From the NCBI GenBank assembly GCA_951406725.2, contig OX597834.1, forward strand, positions 1,054,001 to 1,118,000: a DNA stretch of 64,000 bases, in the 5' to 3' direction. Under the pieces are notes generated by a model that had not been told where the DNA came from, ran no database searches, and saw only the letters and a program-made list of their open reading frames with translations. This document shows, piece by piece, positions 25,657 to 41,236 of the stretch. This stretch comes from Octopus vulgaris. Its lineage: Eukaryota. A program made the translations under genes and the position numbers. The number at the start of each line of letters is the position of its first letter. Position 1 is the stretch's first letter.

Positions 25657-25857
25657 GGCGACGAGCTGGCAGAATGGTTAGCACGATGGGCGAAATGCTT
25701 AGCGGTATTTACGTTGTGAGTTAAAATTCGGCCAAGGTCAACTTTGCCTTTCATCCTTTCAGGGTCGATAAAATAAGTACCAGTTGAACACTGGAGCCGA
25801 TGTAATAGATTCATCCCACCTCTCCCAAGCTGCCTTTGTGGCAAAAATTTGATATAG

Positions 25858-25859
<2 letters not shown>
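25655..25859 (+). mobile_element. tRNA-derived octopus-type SINE in (ATT)n
   Basis: AAGGCGACGAGCTGGCAGAATGGTTAGC...GGGTCGATAAAATAAGTACCAGTT; ATT repeats on both sides. Confidence 0.85.
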
Positions 25860-25912
<53 letters not shown>

Positions 25913-26123
25913 CATTATTGTTGTAGTTGTGTTGCTGGTGGTGGTGTTGGCGCTGTTGGCATTGGTGGTGGTGGTTGCTCTTTGCAGTAGTTGCTGATTC
26001 CACAGAAATCCGCACTTACCCAATTGTCGGTCAATGGCTGACGTCTATCGAAGGAAAGTCAACAAAAACTGAAAAAGTGCTTGTCAGCAAAAATTACCAA
26101 ACGTCAACCTGTTTCATAGATAT

Positions 26124-26164
<41 letters not shown>

Positions 26165-26211
26165 TGTGTGTCTGTGTGTCTACGTATATACATATATATA
26201 TATTTATATAC

Positions 26212-26242
<31 letters not shown>

Positions 26243-26243
26243 C

Positions 26244-26282
<39 letters not shown>

Positions 26283-26344
26283 TATATATACATGTATATA
26301 TATATACATATATATACATGTGTGCGTATATATATATACATGTG

Positions 26345-26376
<32 letters not shown>

Positions 26377-27051
26377 TATATATACATGTATATATATATA
26401 TACATATATATACATGTGTGCGTATATATATATATATACATGTGTATATATATATATACATATATATACATGTGTGCGTATATATATATATACATACATA
26501 CATACATACATACATACACACGTATATGTATGCTTGTGCGTGTGTCTGTTTACGGGAGCAGGTATTTCCAATTCCCTCTGCCACCCTAAGCAATCACAAA
26601 ACTTCCAACAAACACAACTCGCTCTCCATTCATTCTGTTTATTTTCCAGCTCAGAGCTGAGCAGGTTTCAGTCTCCACAAATTGCCAGAAAATATGCATT
26701 CATCAAATGCAGTTTATTTGTAACAGTTAATTCTTATTTTCTTTTATTTCTGGTAATTATTGTTGTTGCTCGTGTTGCTGTTGTCGTTGTCGTTGTTGTT
26801 GTTTTGAGTTAAGTGAATGGATGTCATTGGATATACGTCTGCCATGGAAAGCTATTTAGCTGTTGTTATTGTCCCCGGTCGACACAGCACGGCTTGCACA
26901 GAGCAACGAGCGAGTCTGTGATAACCGTCACAACACAACAACAACGACTTCCATAGATACAGTAACAGCAACAACAAGATGAATGTAACAACAAGACAGT
27001 AACGATACATACATACATACAAACACACACACACATACATACATACATACA

Positions 27052-27300
<249 letters not shown>

Positions 27301-28231
27301 TAAATCGAAAATAACTACTACTAACTACCACAGATGTGATAATAACTGTCATCGCTACTACGATCACCAAAATAAACAGAACAGTAATAGTAATGATGAT
27401 GATGATGATGATGAGAAAAGGAAGAAGAAGAGATGAATAAGATGATGAATGCATTTAAAATGTATTAGAGAACCTCGTAAATCCAATGTTTGTAAACAGA
27501 AACGTGCAGAGATTTCTATAGATAATATATACACTCACACACATGCGCGCACACACACGCACACACACACATACACACATATATACACACATACATATAT
27601 ATATATATATGCCTACATCGAAAATAACTTGTAGTACACAGTGATGCTGACACTGCTAGTAACAATAACATATAATAGGACATGTATAGATTTGTCTGTA
27701 CTGTTAAGAAGTTCGAATCAGTACTGCATCATTGTAGGTTCGATTCCACAGCGGGACGCTTTGGATCTGTATCTTCTGTTGTAGACTCACAAGTTCACTG
27801 ATGTCATTGTCAGCAGAATTGCTTGACAAAATATTTGAAAAACAAAAGCGTGTATGGGTGTCTGTGTGTGTGAGTTCGTGCATATCTTGGTGTGTGTGTG
27901 TGTGTTGTTGTTGCTCTGAGATCGTTTCGGCAGCTGACGTGTGCTAGACTGTACACCTGTTCAGGTGGAATCGATTTCATGATGGCAGGGAGCGGATGTA
28001 CAATTGGTCCATTTGATCTCAGTAAACAAATAAACTGCGGCTTCTTCAGCAACGAGTTGCGGAACCCCTTCCCCTGCCATTTGCTGCAGTAGACACCACC
28101 ACATATATGTGAGTGTGTATGTGGTTCTCTGTGAATGTGCGTTTGTGTGTTTACACATTGTTATGCCTAGATAGACAGACACACACACACGCACATACAT
28201 AGTCACACTCACAAACACATACACACAACTA

Positions 28232-28275
<44 letters not shown>

Positions 28276-28462
28276 TATGTATTTTGGGATTGCTGAAATT
28301 TCGCTGAAATTTAATGCAATCCTAATTTGGTATAATCCTCTTTTTGCACCAGAAAATACAGTGAAACAACAACCAAATTCACTTCTTCCAATAATGACAA
28401 TTGCAATGATTTAAAAATTAACCTACTGATTGTCTATATATATGTATATATAAATATAAATA

Positions 28463-28588
28463 TATAAATTAAATTAGAGATAAAACCACTATTAGGCAAA
28501 TTATATTATATTATACTGTAAAATTAGATTTAATCCTAAATCTAATTTTTCCCTGTAAGTTTGGATTTACTCCCTAATATAATTATTA

Positions 28589-28590
<2 letters not shown>
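28463..28590 (+). mobile_element. Internally deleted family A copy (both termini only)
   Basis: AAATTAGAGATAAAACCACTATTA joined to ...TTTAATCCTAAATCTAATTTTTCCCTGTAAGTTTGGATTTACTCCCTAATAT; TA flanks. Confidence 0.8.
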
Positions 28591-28645
<55 letters not shown>

Positions 28646-28778
28646 CGTAAAGTATACTAGCCATCTCAATATGGCTAACCACTAAGGGTGGGTGTTACTG
28701 TAGCTTTTACCCCAGGGGATCATCGTCTCCAGTTGGCTTTAGGCACACTTTCTGTGCCCTTATGGTATATATATATAT

Positions 28779-28794
28779 AGATAGATAGATAGAG

Positions 28795-28865
<71 letters not shown>

Positions 28866-28896
28866 GAGAGAGATAGAGAGAGAAAGAGAGAAAGTG

Positions 28897-28995
<99 letters not shown>

Positions 28996-29026
28996 GAGAG
29001 AGATAGAGAGAGAAAGAGAGAAAGTG

Positions 29027-29066
<40 letters not shown>
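28779..29066. repeat. (ATAG)n with an internal duplicated AG-rich block
   Basis: AGAGAGAGAAAGAGAGAAAGTGAG occurs twice within ATAG runs. Confidence 0.9.
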
Positions 29067-29121
29067 TGATGAAACTTACTTGGAAGAAGATGCGAGGCGT
29101 TCAATCGTATAATAATATAAA

Positions 29122-29184
<63 letters not shown>

Positions 29185-29669
29185 TATATAGATTCAGATG
29201 AATATGGTACTTAAGTTGATGCACCAAAATTTAGTACGGTATTATCCATAGAATTTCAAAGTAAGGTGATTAAAATCAAAATAAGCAACAAGGATATCCA
29301 GAGGTTATACTTATATATACTTTGCCCCGCCCACCCCTATACATCCCTACTCCACCTTCCTCATTCTTCCCATCCCCCATCCCACCTCCATCCTATCCCA
29401 CCCCTTCCCCCACATACCCTACCTCTACCCACAAACCCCAACCCCCAGCCGAACCCACACCCCACCCGTGCTTTCCCCACTCTCAAATCCCCCACCTCAC
29501 AACAATATCAAACCACACTACACCATACAACATTACACATCACATCACAACACGCCACCCAAACACCCATCCCCATATCTTCACACCTACACATACATAC
29601 ACGCACACGTCCAGACCACCAGCCCTCTTTCACACGCACATACATACACTCTTATATACACACGCACCT

Positions 29670-29935
29670 TTGTGTTGGGGGTCATCTTTACCTTGTTATC
29701 TCCCCTACTTTCCTTCTCGTGTTTGACCCTTCTGTCCGGCGCTAGTCGCCATGATAGATCGTTAGCCACTACACACATTTTTTCTCTCCTTGTTTTTGTC
29801 TGTGTCCCTTTCTGTAGAAGAGCGTAGGCTCGAAACGTAAAAGACTTTTTCTATTCCTGAGCACTATACTAATACATGTTTGTTTTGTACACCACCTGTC
29901 TTCGTCTTTTGTTTTTTTTTTTCGCAAACTCTCCC
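29670..29935 (+). mobile_element. Penelope-like 3' pLTR ending in (TA)n
   Basis: Pyrimidine-rich end containing a minimal hammerhead-like motif, running straight into (TA)n at 29936. Confidence 0.65.
29808..29843 (+). ncRNA. Ultra-minimal hammerhead-like motif (A6U, extra A after A9)
   Basis: CTTT CTGTAGA A GAGC gtag GCTC GAAA CG TA AAAG. Confidence 0.6.
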
Positions 29936-29943
29936 TATATATA

Positions 29944-30039
<96 letters not shown>

Positions 30040-30073
30040 ATATATTTATACTTATATATGTATATACTTATAT

Positions 30074-30116
<43 letters not shown>

Positions 30117-31599
30117 GTGTGTGTGTGTGTTTGTGTGAGTATGTATGATCCGGTGATGAGCCAGATTATAATCAAATTAAAAAGGTGCATATGTGTGTGT
30201 ATAAGATCTAATTCATTTGAGGTACGTGGTATACTAGGCCGGCAGGTGGGCGTGACAGCCTGACATTTTGGGGCACTAAATGATTAATAGGTGTCTGGTG
30301 AGGAAGTGGTAAGAGATATGTAAATATAATTGGTTGTAATTGAGAGTTATAATGATGACAAAGAATTCTGTTAATGCAAATTTGGAGAAGTCTAGGAGAT
30401 GATTAAATAGGTAGAGTGTTTTGTGGTGGGGTGTTGGTGACAAATATTTTCAGAAACTGACTTATGACGGTGGGGGATTAGAGGGAACATACTTGGGACA
30501 GTGGGAGTTAGATTCGATAAAAAGTGGTTGTGTTCTGTTTATAGTGTCATCAATTATAATTGGAAGAGGTGTGGGGGGAGCTGCAGGAGGGTGGTGGTGT
30601 CTTGACCTATTTAGTACTTGCAGTAAATGGAGCTACTACAAAGAGGAGGAGTGTACATTCATATGCATATATATGTGTGTGTGTGTGTGTAAATATGTGT
30701 ACATATATATATATATATATATGCGTGTGTATGCATGTGTGTATGTACGTATATACACATACATATATATATACACATATACATACACACACTTATATAT
30801 ATATTTGTGTGTGTATACATGTATATGTACATCGCATATGCATCATATAACTTTGCATATTTATGTGCAAGCATATATCTATATATACTCTTATATACAC
30901 ACAAACACGCACTGGCACACACATCCATATATCTATCACACATACCCATATAGAATGATAGATAGACCTACTGTCATTTATACACGCTGCTAATTGATAT
31001 CTTCTCTTCCTGAGAACATGTTCTATTCAATATATATTTATTTCCACATATACTTTTATTGTTTGGCTAATCACCACAAATGATATATATTTATTCATTT
31101 CAATATCTCATCGTTACATTATGTGTAGGCGGCGTGGCTGCTGGAGATCACCTACATCTCCATAATACTATCCTGAATATAGTATCAAAACGTGGCGGAT
31201 AACAGTCGCCTGAAGACATGGAACCTCGAAACTTCATTAGCTTCTCACATGGATGCAACTTCATATTAGACCTATTTTTGTAATTTGTGTATATATTTGT
31301 ATGTGTGTGTGTGAGTGTGTGTGTGTGTGGTGAGTAGGTGTGTGTGTGTGTTCCTTTCGTCAATGCATATTGCTAAAATATACAGAACATAACATAACAA
31401 AAATAAAAAAGCGAACAGCTGGTGTTTTGAAATCAGTGTTCCTTTCTGTATTTATTCTGAAGTTACCAACATTTCACTCATGTTCGTCATCAATGTCACG
31501 TGACGAAGCTGAATAAAGACAGGCCAGAATCCCTCTACTAAAGACTTCCAACGACATTCTTTACACGCGTTCCTTCGCCACAGACACCAGGCAGAGCTA

Positions 31600-31880
31600 G
31601 GTCACCTGATCTGCATTGCTGAAGAAAAACGAGAGTTTGCGGAGGTTCAGTTGGACACAGCAAGGGAAAGACCTCCTGTTGGGATTGAACAAGAAGCGAT
31701 CTTTTGCAAGATGAACAGATCTGCCACTGGCGCTGTTTCGGCAGCAGCTTCTTTTCTTCGCTTTTGTCCTTGTTTTGTCGCTGTCTCGGTTGTCCTCTTT
31801 TACCTCCTTCCAACGCAAATCCTCAACGCAAACCCTCTCAATGCAAACCGTCAATCGGACCTCACTACCCCACATGGGAC
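31600..31880 (-). mobile_element. Degenerate RTE-like LINE 3' region
   Basis: Minus strand ...QKRRKEAAAETAPVADLFI(C) resembles the RTE C-terminal basic/Cys segment. Confidence 0.4.
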
Positions 31881-32560
31881 TTAGTGCTACTCATAAAGAA
31901 GACCTATGGTTGCAACACAGTGGGTCTCATTGAGTTTACCCAAGGATTCAGATGGGTGTCAAACTAGAAATAAATTCAGTACTACCCCTAAAATGAAAGA
32001 ATGACTGGAATGCCCCTACTCAAAAAGAGTAAATGCACCTCCTCAGTCAATTTCACTGACATGCCTTTGGTCCACAAACAGCAATTATAAACGTAGATAC
32101 TTGCTCAAGGTGCCAGGTTGTGAGATGAATCCCCACGCAACGTTAGCCATGGATGGATGTCATTTTCAATTTGAAAAAATAAAAAAGACCTCAGACGTTT
32201 CTGCATTATTGTGTGAAACAGTTGCATAGGATATGATAAAATAACTAATGATGTGTGTATGACACATCTCTAAGTGGATATCTGTTTGGTAATTAATAGC
32301 GACAGATATTGAAATTGAATTTTGTTATTTAGTGTCTTTCTTATCAGTTGTGTCCAGATAATTAGATCTGATCATTGATCATATTGGTTGCTTATTGAAC
32401 AGCGTCCACAGAGATGACCGTCTCACACAGGATATCATTACTGTGTTATTATATCCGAGACACTTCATTGACTTCTCTGCAGCAGCCACGTCACTTCAAC
32501 AAAAGCAGGGCACTCTCTGTCTGATATGCATGCATACATATATACGCATATTAATGTGCA

Positions 32561-32602
<42 letters not shown>

Positions 32603-33635
32603 TGAGAGCGTAGTAATTGGCAATCTAAAGCCAATCCATTGGCCGAGTCATCAGAGCGTCCGATAGAAATTGTTGCACTTTTTGCAGTATCTGCAAACTT
32701 CTTTCCAATTCCTTCATCTTGCTGAAGGTTGATCAATAAAATACCAGTCAAGTACTTTCACGCTTCTCTCTCTTTCGTTCTCTCTGTCCTCTTTTAAGGA
32801 CTATTGTCATTAACTCTTACTGGTAGTTTTACTAAATACCAAAGTGACCCATCACCAGCCAGATCCCTTCAGACCCCACTTGACCATTCCTGGAACCAGT
32901 TGTCATCTCCCACTTGGTCCTCAACAGTTTCGATTATCTCCCAGAATCAAAATGTCCACCATGACAGACAATATATTTCAAGTTGAATATCTCAAGTGTT
33001 GATAAAACGGCAAAACATCAACTTTCTCACAAGAATAACTGTTCATATACTTCCGGTCCTCGAATTTCAATTGTTATTCTTCTAAAATCTGTTTCCTCCA
33101 TCAAAGCGGCATTTCACTCAGGCGCCATTAAACATTTCACAGTTTTAAAATTAATTTCTCGTTTATTTATCGTAAAAACTTTTCTGTCGTCTGTCAAGGC
33201 AAAACATGTCAAAATGTAAACAAATTTTATAGCGAATGACCCAATCATCTGTTCGGTTGAGGATCCACTCCACATATTCACACAATAAATATATTTTGTT
33301 TCTTCTATCTGTATATCAGCTAAGTACGTGATATTTTATTGTTCAATCCACGCCATCCACTTGGAATATTCACTCGTTTATTAATGGCTGCTATGGTGAT
33401 ACATATCAGCAAGACTTGAAATTATCTGCCAATGTTCATATTTATATATTTTCCCTCCCATTTCCTTTGACTGTTACAATGCATACACCGCTCTTTGTTC
33501 TTTCATTACAAGCTTACTTTCTGTCGTAATATAAACATCGCATATCGACGGCATTTTATCGTCTGCCTTCCTAACGCTAAAATGCAAACAAACAGACGAG
33601 CGACTGTCATCTGCTGTACTGTACACACACACACG

Positions 33636-33681
<46 letters not shown>

Positions 33682-34624
33682 CGCACACACACACACACAC
33701 ATGCACACACACGTACACACACACGTACACACACACGCACACACAGGCACACACACACAAACACACATATGTTCTATGTCTACAAGCTTTCTGTATTTTA
33801 TGGCATGCATTCCGAGATAGTATTTTCATTTCAGTTTATAACATAATAGAAACGACTGGCAAACTACCAGACGCAGATACAACGAGAAACACCTTTTCTC
33901 TATTTTCAGATACTGACAATCCGTCGAGACAGAACTGAATAACTTGTAAGATTTTCTCTTCCATTAAGATCTATTTACTTCAGCGATTTAACAAAATTTA
34001 TTTAACGATGTTGTGGCACTGAATATTTCCATTCCTTTAGGAACACAAAATGATTGCAGCCATTCCGATCCACTTTCACCATTAACCATCATCATCATTT
34101 CACCACCATCGCTTTTTCAAATTTTCACACCAATACTCATAACAATAATAAAATGTATAAATACATACGTACAAATATTCATACAAACATACATTTACAT
34201 GTGTGCATACATATCTATCTATATTTATGCACACACGCACACACACACACGCACACACATACACACACACATATATATATATATATATATGAATTATATA
34301 CATATATAATAATAAAATATGAATTATATATATATATATACCTACACAGACGAACACGCGCGCGCGACCCCCACCCCACACATTTGTACTGAATTTTCTT
34401 TTACTCGCGAATTGAGTGTCACGGTCCACAATAACACTTTAGTATTCAGGCAGGTTTTATACAGTATAAAGCTACTTATTCAATTCGTCCTCCCTTCTAT
34501 GTTTACACTTTCCATTTGCTATTTTCCCATGTTGTATTAGAGATTTTTTTATGGTTGTTTGTATTTCATTTGCAAAGTTTTATTTGCTCTAACTTTCCCA
34601 CAGATGTTTTTCAATATATATATG

Positions 34625-34663
<39 letters not shown>

Positions 34664-35299
34664 TGCTGTTTCTAAAAAATCCTGTCACTTCTAAGTTGTC
34701 TATTCTCCTATTGTTCATCATCATATTCTTTTCTGCTCGTCAATTCAATGTGTTGTTTCTGCTTGTTTATTGCCGAAACGTGTCATGTTTTTCTTTGCCA
34801 TCACATATGCTCGCGTTGTGTATTTGCTCATTCATTAGTTGTTCTGCATCTGCCTGTTGCCTACACCGCTCATGTCCTGTTTTGCTAACGCTGTGCATCT
34901 GCCTACATCATCAGCAGTTATTTCATATCTGAAGTTGCTAATCATTATCATATAAACAATGGCATTCTTAATTTGATATCTTAAGCCTGTAATCTATTAT
35001 TTCTGTCTACAATTTAAATTGTATTTCCGTTGCACTTTATAATCGGAATATCGCCCAGTTTGCAGTTTCGCCTAGTTTGAAGTGATGAACTCATTCCGCT
35101 GTCTGAGATGTTAGATTTTCTAGATTTTTCTGCTGAAAAAATAATTTTGTTCAGTAATTATATTCTATACACCAAATAAGAGTTATCAGGGATAAATTTG
35201 TATTCGCGGTGAAGTCTTGCTTTTCATTTGATATATATTTGCACACTATTATCTCTAGACATGCTAAAATGATTTTACACACAGATATACACGCAAGCA

Positions 35300-35374
<75 letters not shown>

Positions 35375-35575
35375 AAACGTACACAGGGAGGATTATGTAT
35401 GTGTGTACATATGCTTATATATGTAAGTAAATATGCTCGTGTATATGAGAGCGTGTGTATGCATGTATATAGATATATAGATATATGTATATACACATAT
35501 ATACATAGATACACACATATATATATATATATATATATACATATATACATAGATACATACATATATGTATATAGA

Positions 35576-35615
<40 letters not shown>

Positions 35616-35866
35616 CATATATATGCATACATAGATACATATATATGTATATATATATAGATGTATATATATACATCCTTATATATATACATATATATAT
35701 ATAAACACATATTTATATATACACAGAGATGAATGTATTTAAATATGTATATACAATCCGTGTATGTGCGTATATATATATATATATATATATGTACGCA
35801 CATATATATACATATTTATATATATATATACATTATATGAACTTATGTATATATAGACATATATAC

Positions 35867-35899
<33 letters not shown>

Positions 35900-36347
35900 C
35901 ACACATATATATATACACATATATACATACATATATACACATATACACACATATATATACAACATGTATATACATATATATATACATATATATATATGTA
36001 CATATATATATATACACATATATATATACACATATATATATACACATATATATACACACACATATATATATACACATATATACAAAATCATATATATATA
36101 TATATATATACACATACACACAAATATATATATATACCTGCTCACACCTACCTGTACGTTTGCATATGACAAAATATACCAATCTATCTCTGTATCTCTG
36201 CGTACATACGAGCGTCTGTGCAAATAACCAGGACTCCTTAACAATGTCATAATAATAATTTCTTTAGTCGCCTCTTTTATTTATCTCCGTATGTTTCCGT
36301 ATATTCCCGCATCTGTCTGTGAAATCCCCGCTCCCTCACTCCGCTCA

Positions 36348-36598
36348 TCCTTCTAGGAGAAGGTAACTCAGGTAACTGGGATAACTCCGATATAAAACCT
36401 ACGGCTCAGTGGTTATCGATGATGTTGACTTGTTCTTCTTTTCGGATTATGGCTGCTGTTGCTTAGTGAGTGGGATTGACTCAGTGGACGGCCTTTCCTC
36501 ACTTTGAAAAAAATCTTCTTGCACAGGCATTGCACGATAACAACATTGATTAAGCTTCGTGCAATGGCCATACTCGATAACGAGGGGGCAGCCACCAT
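36348..36598 (+). mobile_element. Truncated, internally deleted copy of the 21431-22076 repeat
   Basis: Near-identical reverse complement of 21580-21775 plus 21431-21460. Confidence 0.8.
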
Positions 36599-36880
36599 AT
36601 ATGTGTATATATATATGTATATATATGTGTGTGTATATATATATGTGCATATACATGTGTGTATATATATGTGTATATATGTGTGTGTATATATGCATAT
36701 ATATATATGTGTATATATGTATATAAATTATATGAATATATATATGTAGGTATATTTGTGTGTATATATGTGTATATATATGTATGTAATATATATATGT
36801 CTATATATATATATATATACATGTATATATATATGTATATATATATATATATGCATGTATATGTATATATATGTATATAT

Positions 36881-36998
36881 ATCACCGTCACCGTCACCGA
36901 CCAGGCTATCAGATGTTGCTACAAATCGCTGGTCACAATGCGATTTGCATTGTTTTAGCCTTCAAATGACACCACCCCGCTGGCTAAGCGAGCAGGTC

Positions 36999-36999
<1 letters not shown>
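36881..36999 (-). mobile_element. Short RTE-like 3'-end repeat
   Basis: Homologous to 45123-45240 (opposite strand) and 42588-42630; TGTGACCAGCGA.TGTAGCAACATCT motif. Confidence 0.65.
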
Positions 37000-37041
<42 letters not shown>

Positions 37042-37099
37042 TATGCATATATATCCCTATGTTACGTATATACATACACTTATATATTTAAACACACAG

Positions 37100-37133
<34 letters not shown>

Positions 37134-37231
37134 TAGAGACAAAACCACTATTATGGAAATCAAACAAAGAAAGACTTAATCCAATACATAAATTAATTTA
37201 TATTATTTAGTAATTTAACAATTATTTATAT

Positions 37232-37295
37232 CCACTACGATCGTTTCATGTCTTCTTTTCATCACATCTTTGAGTAGTAGACATTCTTCAGGTGG
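37232..37295 (-). ncRNA. Type-I hammerhead ribozyme, intact
   Basis: CCAC CTGAAGA ATGTCT (25-nt loop) AGACAT GAAA CGATCG TA GTGG. Confidence 0.85.
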
Positions 37296-37358
37296 TTTCA
37301 AACATTCTTGGCGAGTTTAAACTATGAACTAGTTTAAACTCGCCAAGAATGTTTGAAA

Positions 37359-37422
37359 CCACCTGAAGAATGTCTAATACTGAAAGATGTGATGAAAAGA
37401 AAACATGAAACGATCGTAGTGG
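37359..37422 (+). ncRNA. Type-I hammerhead ribozyme, intact core
   Basis: CCAC CTGAAGA ATGTCT...AAACAT GAAA CGATCG TA GTGG; one stem II mismatch. Confidence 0.8.
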
Positions 37423-37535
37423 ATATAAATAATTGTTAAATTACTAAATAATATAAATTAATTTATGTATTGGATTAAATCCTAAATCTGATTTTTCCCT
37501 GTAAGTTTGGATTTATTCCCTAATATTTATTATTA

Positions 37536-37579
<44 letters not shown>

Positions 37580-37802
37580 GTGTGTGTCTATTCGTCCTCT
37601 ATATTAAACATATCCAGCCTTGCTTCAAATGGTGCGAGTCATTATTTATCAACCTGACAAATGCCGGAAGATGGCAGAAGCACAAGCTGCTGCCGCCGGT
37701 GGTTGTTGCGATTGTGGTGGTGGAGATGATAATGATGATACATAGTTCGATGTAATGAGATGAGGTTGTTTGTGTGTGTGTGTGTATGTGTCTGCGCGTC
37801 AT

Positions 37803-37865
<63 letters not shown>

Positions 37866-39423
37866 AGCGAGAATGTTAGAAAGAATATGTAAGAGAAAGA
37901 TGTAGAGTGAAGGACAAAGAGCGTGAAGGACGGAGGTAGAAAGAGAGAGTGTGTAAGTTGAAAATTGAGAAGCAAGAAATTGTGTTCAAATGAGCAGACA
38001 AAGAGGAGAAGTTGGAAGGAATATTAAAGTACAATTCCTTAATTCTGAGTTCAATAAAAATGTTGGCGTCGTTAAATAGATGAGTGTGACGTTATATATG
38101 GCCGACAAATTATTGTTAATTGTTCCCGCGGTTTCTTGAAATTCGATTCCGACTTTGCTTGGACTGAATCAAACTAAGAAACAGATTTTAAGAGGATTTT
38201 GCTAAATTCAGGGCCGGGACACGGAAGGGATTCTGTGAACTTTTGCATAATGTCCATTCGATGGTTGATTGGTTGGATAGTTAAAGCCTCGGAGAAATTT
38301 GTCATGTCTCTACTAAGATCAAATTCCAACGACGACAAATTTGACTTTCATCTGCAGGAGATAAATTAATAAAACAACCAAACGCTGGGGTTTGTTCTTT
38401 CTTTCTTTCTTTCTTTGTCACGTTTACCTCCTCTCTTTCTCTGTCATTCACTTTCCCACACTCTCTTTTTGTCTATCACTTTCTCTTTCTCTTTCTCTCA
38501 CACTTAAATTCCCCACTCTCTCCCTCTCTCTCTTACTCACTATCTCTCTTCTCTCTCTCTTTCGGTCTGTCTGCTTTGCTCCCATTCTTTTTGTCCCCAC
38601 CTCTCTCTCTCTCTCCCGAGAGAGAGGCTAGTAGCCGACCATTCCCCTTGTCCCTTTTCTCCAACAAATAGGGACGGGTTGCATTGGGGCCAGCAAAGAA
38701 CTTGTCCTCATCCAACACGCCCTAAACACCGTCCAAAACATTAAATATTGAAAACCGAAAAGTCATACTCCTGAAAATATCTTCCAAAGTTTCGAAGAGT
38801 TGTATGAAGGATGCACTTACGATCGCGAGATGACGGTTTCGATTCTCAGATTGGCTGTGCGTTTTTACTTGAGCAAAGCACTTTATTTCATACTGCTTCT
38901 GTCCGCTCTGTAGTAAACGGGGTACGAGGGATGATGGTGATTCCGAAAACCACCCGAACGGGGGAGGGTATATTTCGTATTCAGTGATCAAAAAGTGAAT
39001 AGGACATTTCGTACTGTGCATCCAGACTTGTTGTCGAAAGATTAACATGGGACAACAGAATCGCATCCGATAAACTTCTAAGCAGCCAAGGCATTGAGGT
39101 GGAGCGAGGTTTCATATCTGCTACGTCGTCTGTGCCATCATGGATGTTGTTATTATTTAACTCCGGCGTTGCTTTCAGTTAGTAATTCTACGATTAAAGT
39201 CATTCCAGCCGTGACCTTAATTTCTAAATGTGCAAGGGACACAGAACCCATGTTGCACGTTCGGCAAACGGCTTTTACCATAGACTAGGACCCGAGTGAG
39301 AAAAAATTGAGACGGGAAATGAGAGGAAGCACCTCAGAGAGATGATTAAATCAGAAATTCTAAAATTCATTTGCCTTCTTAGTCGTATATTCTGCTACGG
39401 TGACACACCACCAGCAAATAAAC

Positions 39424-39472
<49 letters not shown>

Positions 39473-39799
39473 TACACACACATACACACACGCATACACA
39501 CATATGCACGAAAAAATACGATAAACACGAATATATATAATTTGTTCCTGCGTACGTTTCACTGTTGTGGCTGTTTTGAACTCGACATTCGATGTTCCAC
39601 ACTCACTATTTTTATCGCATTATGTCTTCTAAACTTTAGTGTTCCCAGAGGATCCATTATGATTAGGCATCCGATTACTTGCAGTATCCGCTGCAGAGTT
39701 CCAAACAGTCACAATGGTGCATCGTATGTAGGGAACAGACTGTATAGATTGGTGTTTATCATCTTTCCTCCTACATTTCCTCAGTATACCATAACTAGT

Positions 39800-39951
39800 A
39801 ATATTGGTTCCAAATTTTGGTACAAGCTAAGTACTTTCGGAAGAGAGGGGAAGTCAACTGTTACTTGTTTTATCCACTCCGAAATGATAAGAGGCAAAGT
39901 TGCCATCGGCAGAATTTGAACTCAGAACATAAAGACGGTCGAAATGCCGCC
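39800..39951 (-). mobile_element. SINE fragment (9049/25655 family)
   Basis: GGCAAAGTTGCCATCGGCAGAATTTGAACTCAGAAC...GAAATGCCGC. Confidence 0.65.
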
Positions 39952-40271
39952 TTATAATAACAAATAATATTACCAAGTATTCGAGTAGCTGAACGACTGG
40001 AAGCAGAGCGGGTGATTATAACCTACATGGACCTCAAAGCTCAATATAAGTCTATTAGTACAAACAAGATATTGTATATGTTTATCTGTGTGTTTGTGTT
40101 TGTTTGTATGTATGTATATCCGTTGTTGAGTATCGATCCAGAGAAGGAGTACTCCACACAAAGATAGAGTGCAATAGTTTATCTAAGCTGGTCTGTTACT
40201 ATTGTGCAACCTCAGCTACACAGCGAAACCTCCAGGATAACAAATCACAAGACCAGTTTAAATTCTCTCTC

Positions 40272-40322
<51 letters not shown>

Positions 40323-40939
40323 ATCCTCGTATATGTGTTTGTGCGTGTGAATGTGTTGAATAAAAAAGAAAGTTACAGAGTCTGACTACACAGTTCAGTG
40401 TTCTCTGTCCCGTAATCAAATACACCCTCCTCTTCTAATTACTTTCAACGTATAATCAGCGGTACACGAATAACATCTTTCATTGCCTTAGTTTCGATTT
40501 AACCAACTTGACACGAAAAACATTACAATTTTTGTCCTTTCTTAAATCAGTAATTCATTTCATAAGCGTGGTAAAGATTTATGATATTTAACTGATTAGT
40601 ATTACTAATTAGTAATCAATATAACTAATTAGTTATTGTGAGAGTGTTGCACGGGTGGATTGTAAGGTGTTTATAGAAACATATAACTATAATGATGTCT
40701 GAATTATCGAATATTGATCATTAATGAAGGTTTTTTCAGCTGAAAAGTTTATCGAATATTCGGTATGTGTAGGAAAAGTTTAAAATAGATGCAAATATAT
40801 TTTTCACAAGTATCAGGAGTATTGTGAAACGATGGGTTTTGAATGGTGACTGACTTAGAAACGGTAGGGGAATATTCCACTGGAAGCAGCTCTCTACCAT
40901 TCTGAATATCTGTTTACACACACACACGGATATATATAT

Positions 40940-41090
40940 CCGAGGGTGTGTTTGAAAAGTTTCTTGGTTTGGGTAAAAAAAATACAGGTGGAGGATCAGT
41001 TAATAATGATTTTATTCAACACATTCCCTTCTCAGATTCACACATTTATTGCAACGGTCCTTCAGGCATTCTAAGTCCTGTAAAACAACT
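40940..41090 (+). mobile_element. Mariner-type terminal fragment
   Basis: CGAGGGTGTGTTTGAAAAGTT TIR-like start followed by TTTTATTCAACACATTCCCT, typical of mariner termini. Confidence 0.55.
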
Positions 41091-41176
41091 CGGCTTTTTA
41101 TGAAACCCTTAAAACCAAGAATTTTTCACCCTCTACTCGTATATATGTCTGTATACATACACACACACATACAAAC

Positions 41177-41236
<60 letters not shown>

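Larger units (their letters stand above)
37130..37538 (+). mobile_element. Fold-back hammerhead element, family A copy 2
   Basis: Same termini and fold point (AAACTATGAACT|AGTT) as 20712-21176; right arm has a deletion at TGGATTAA microhomology; TA flanks. Confidence 0.85.
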
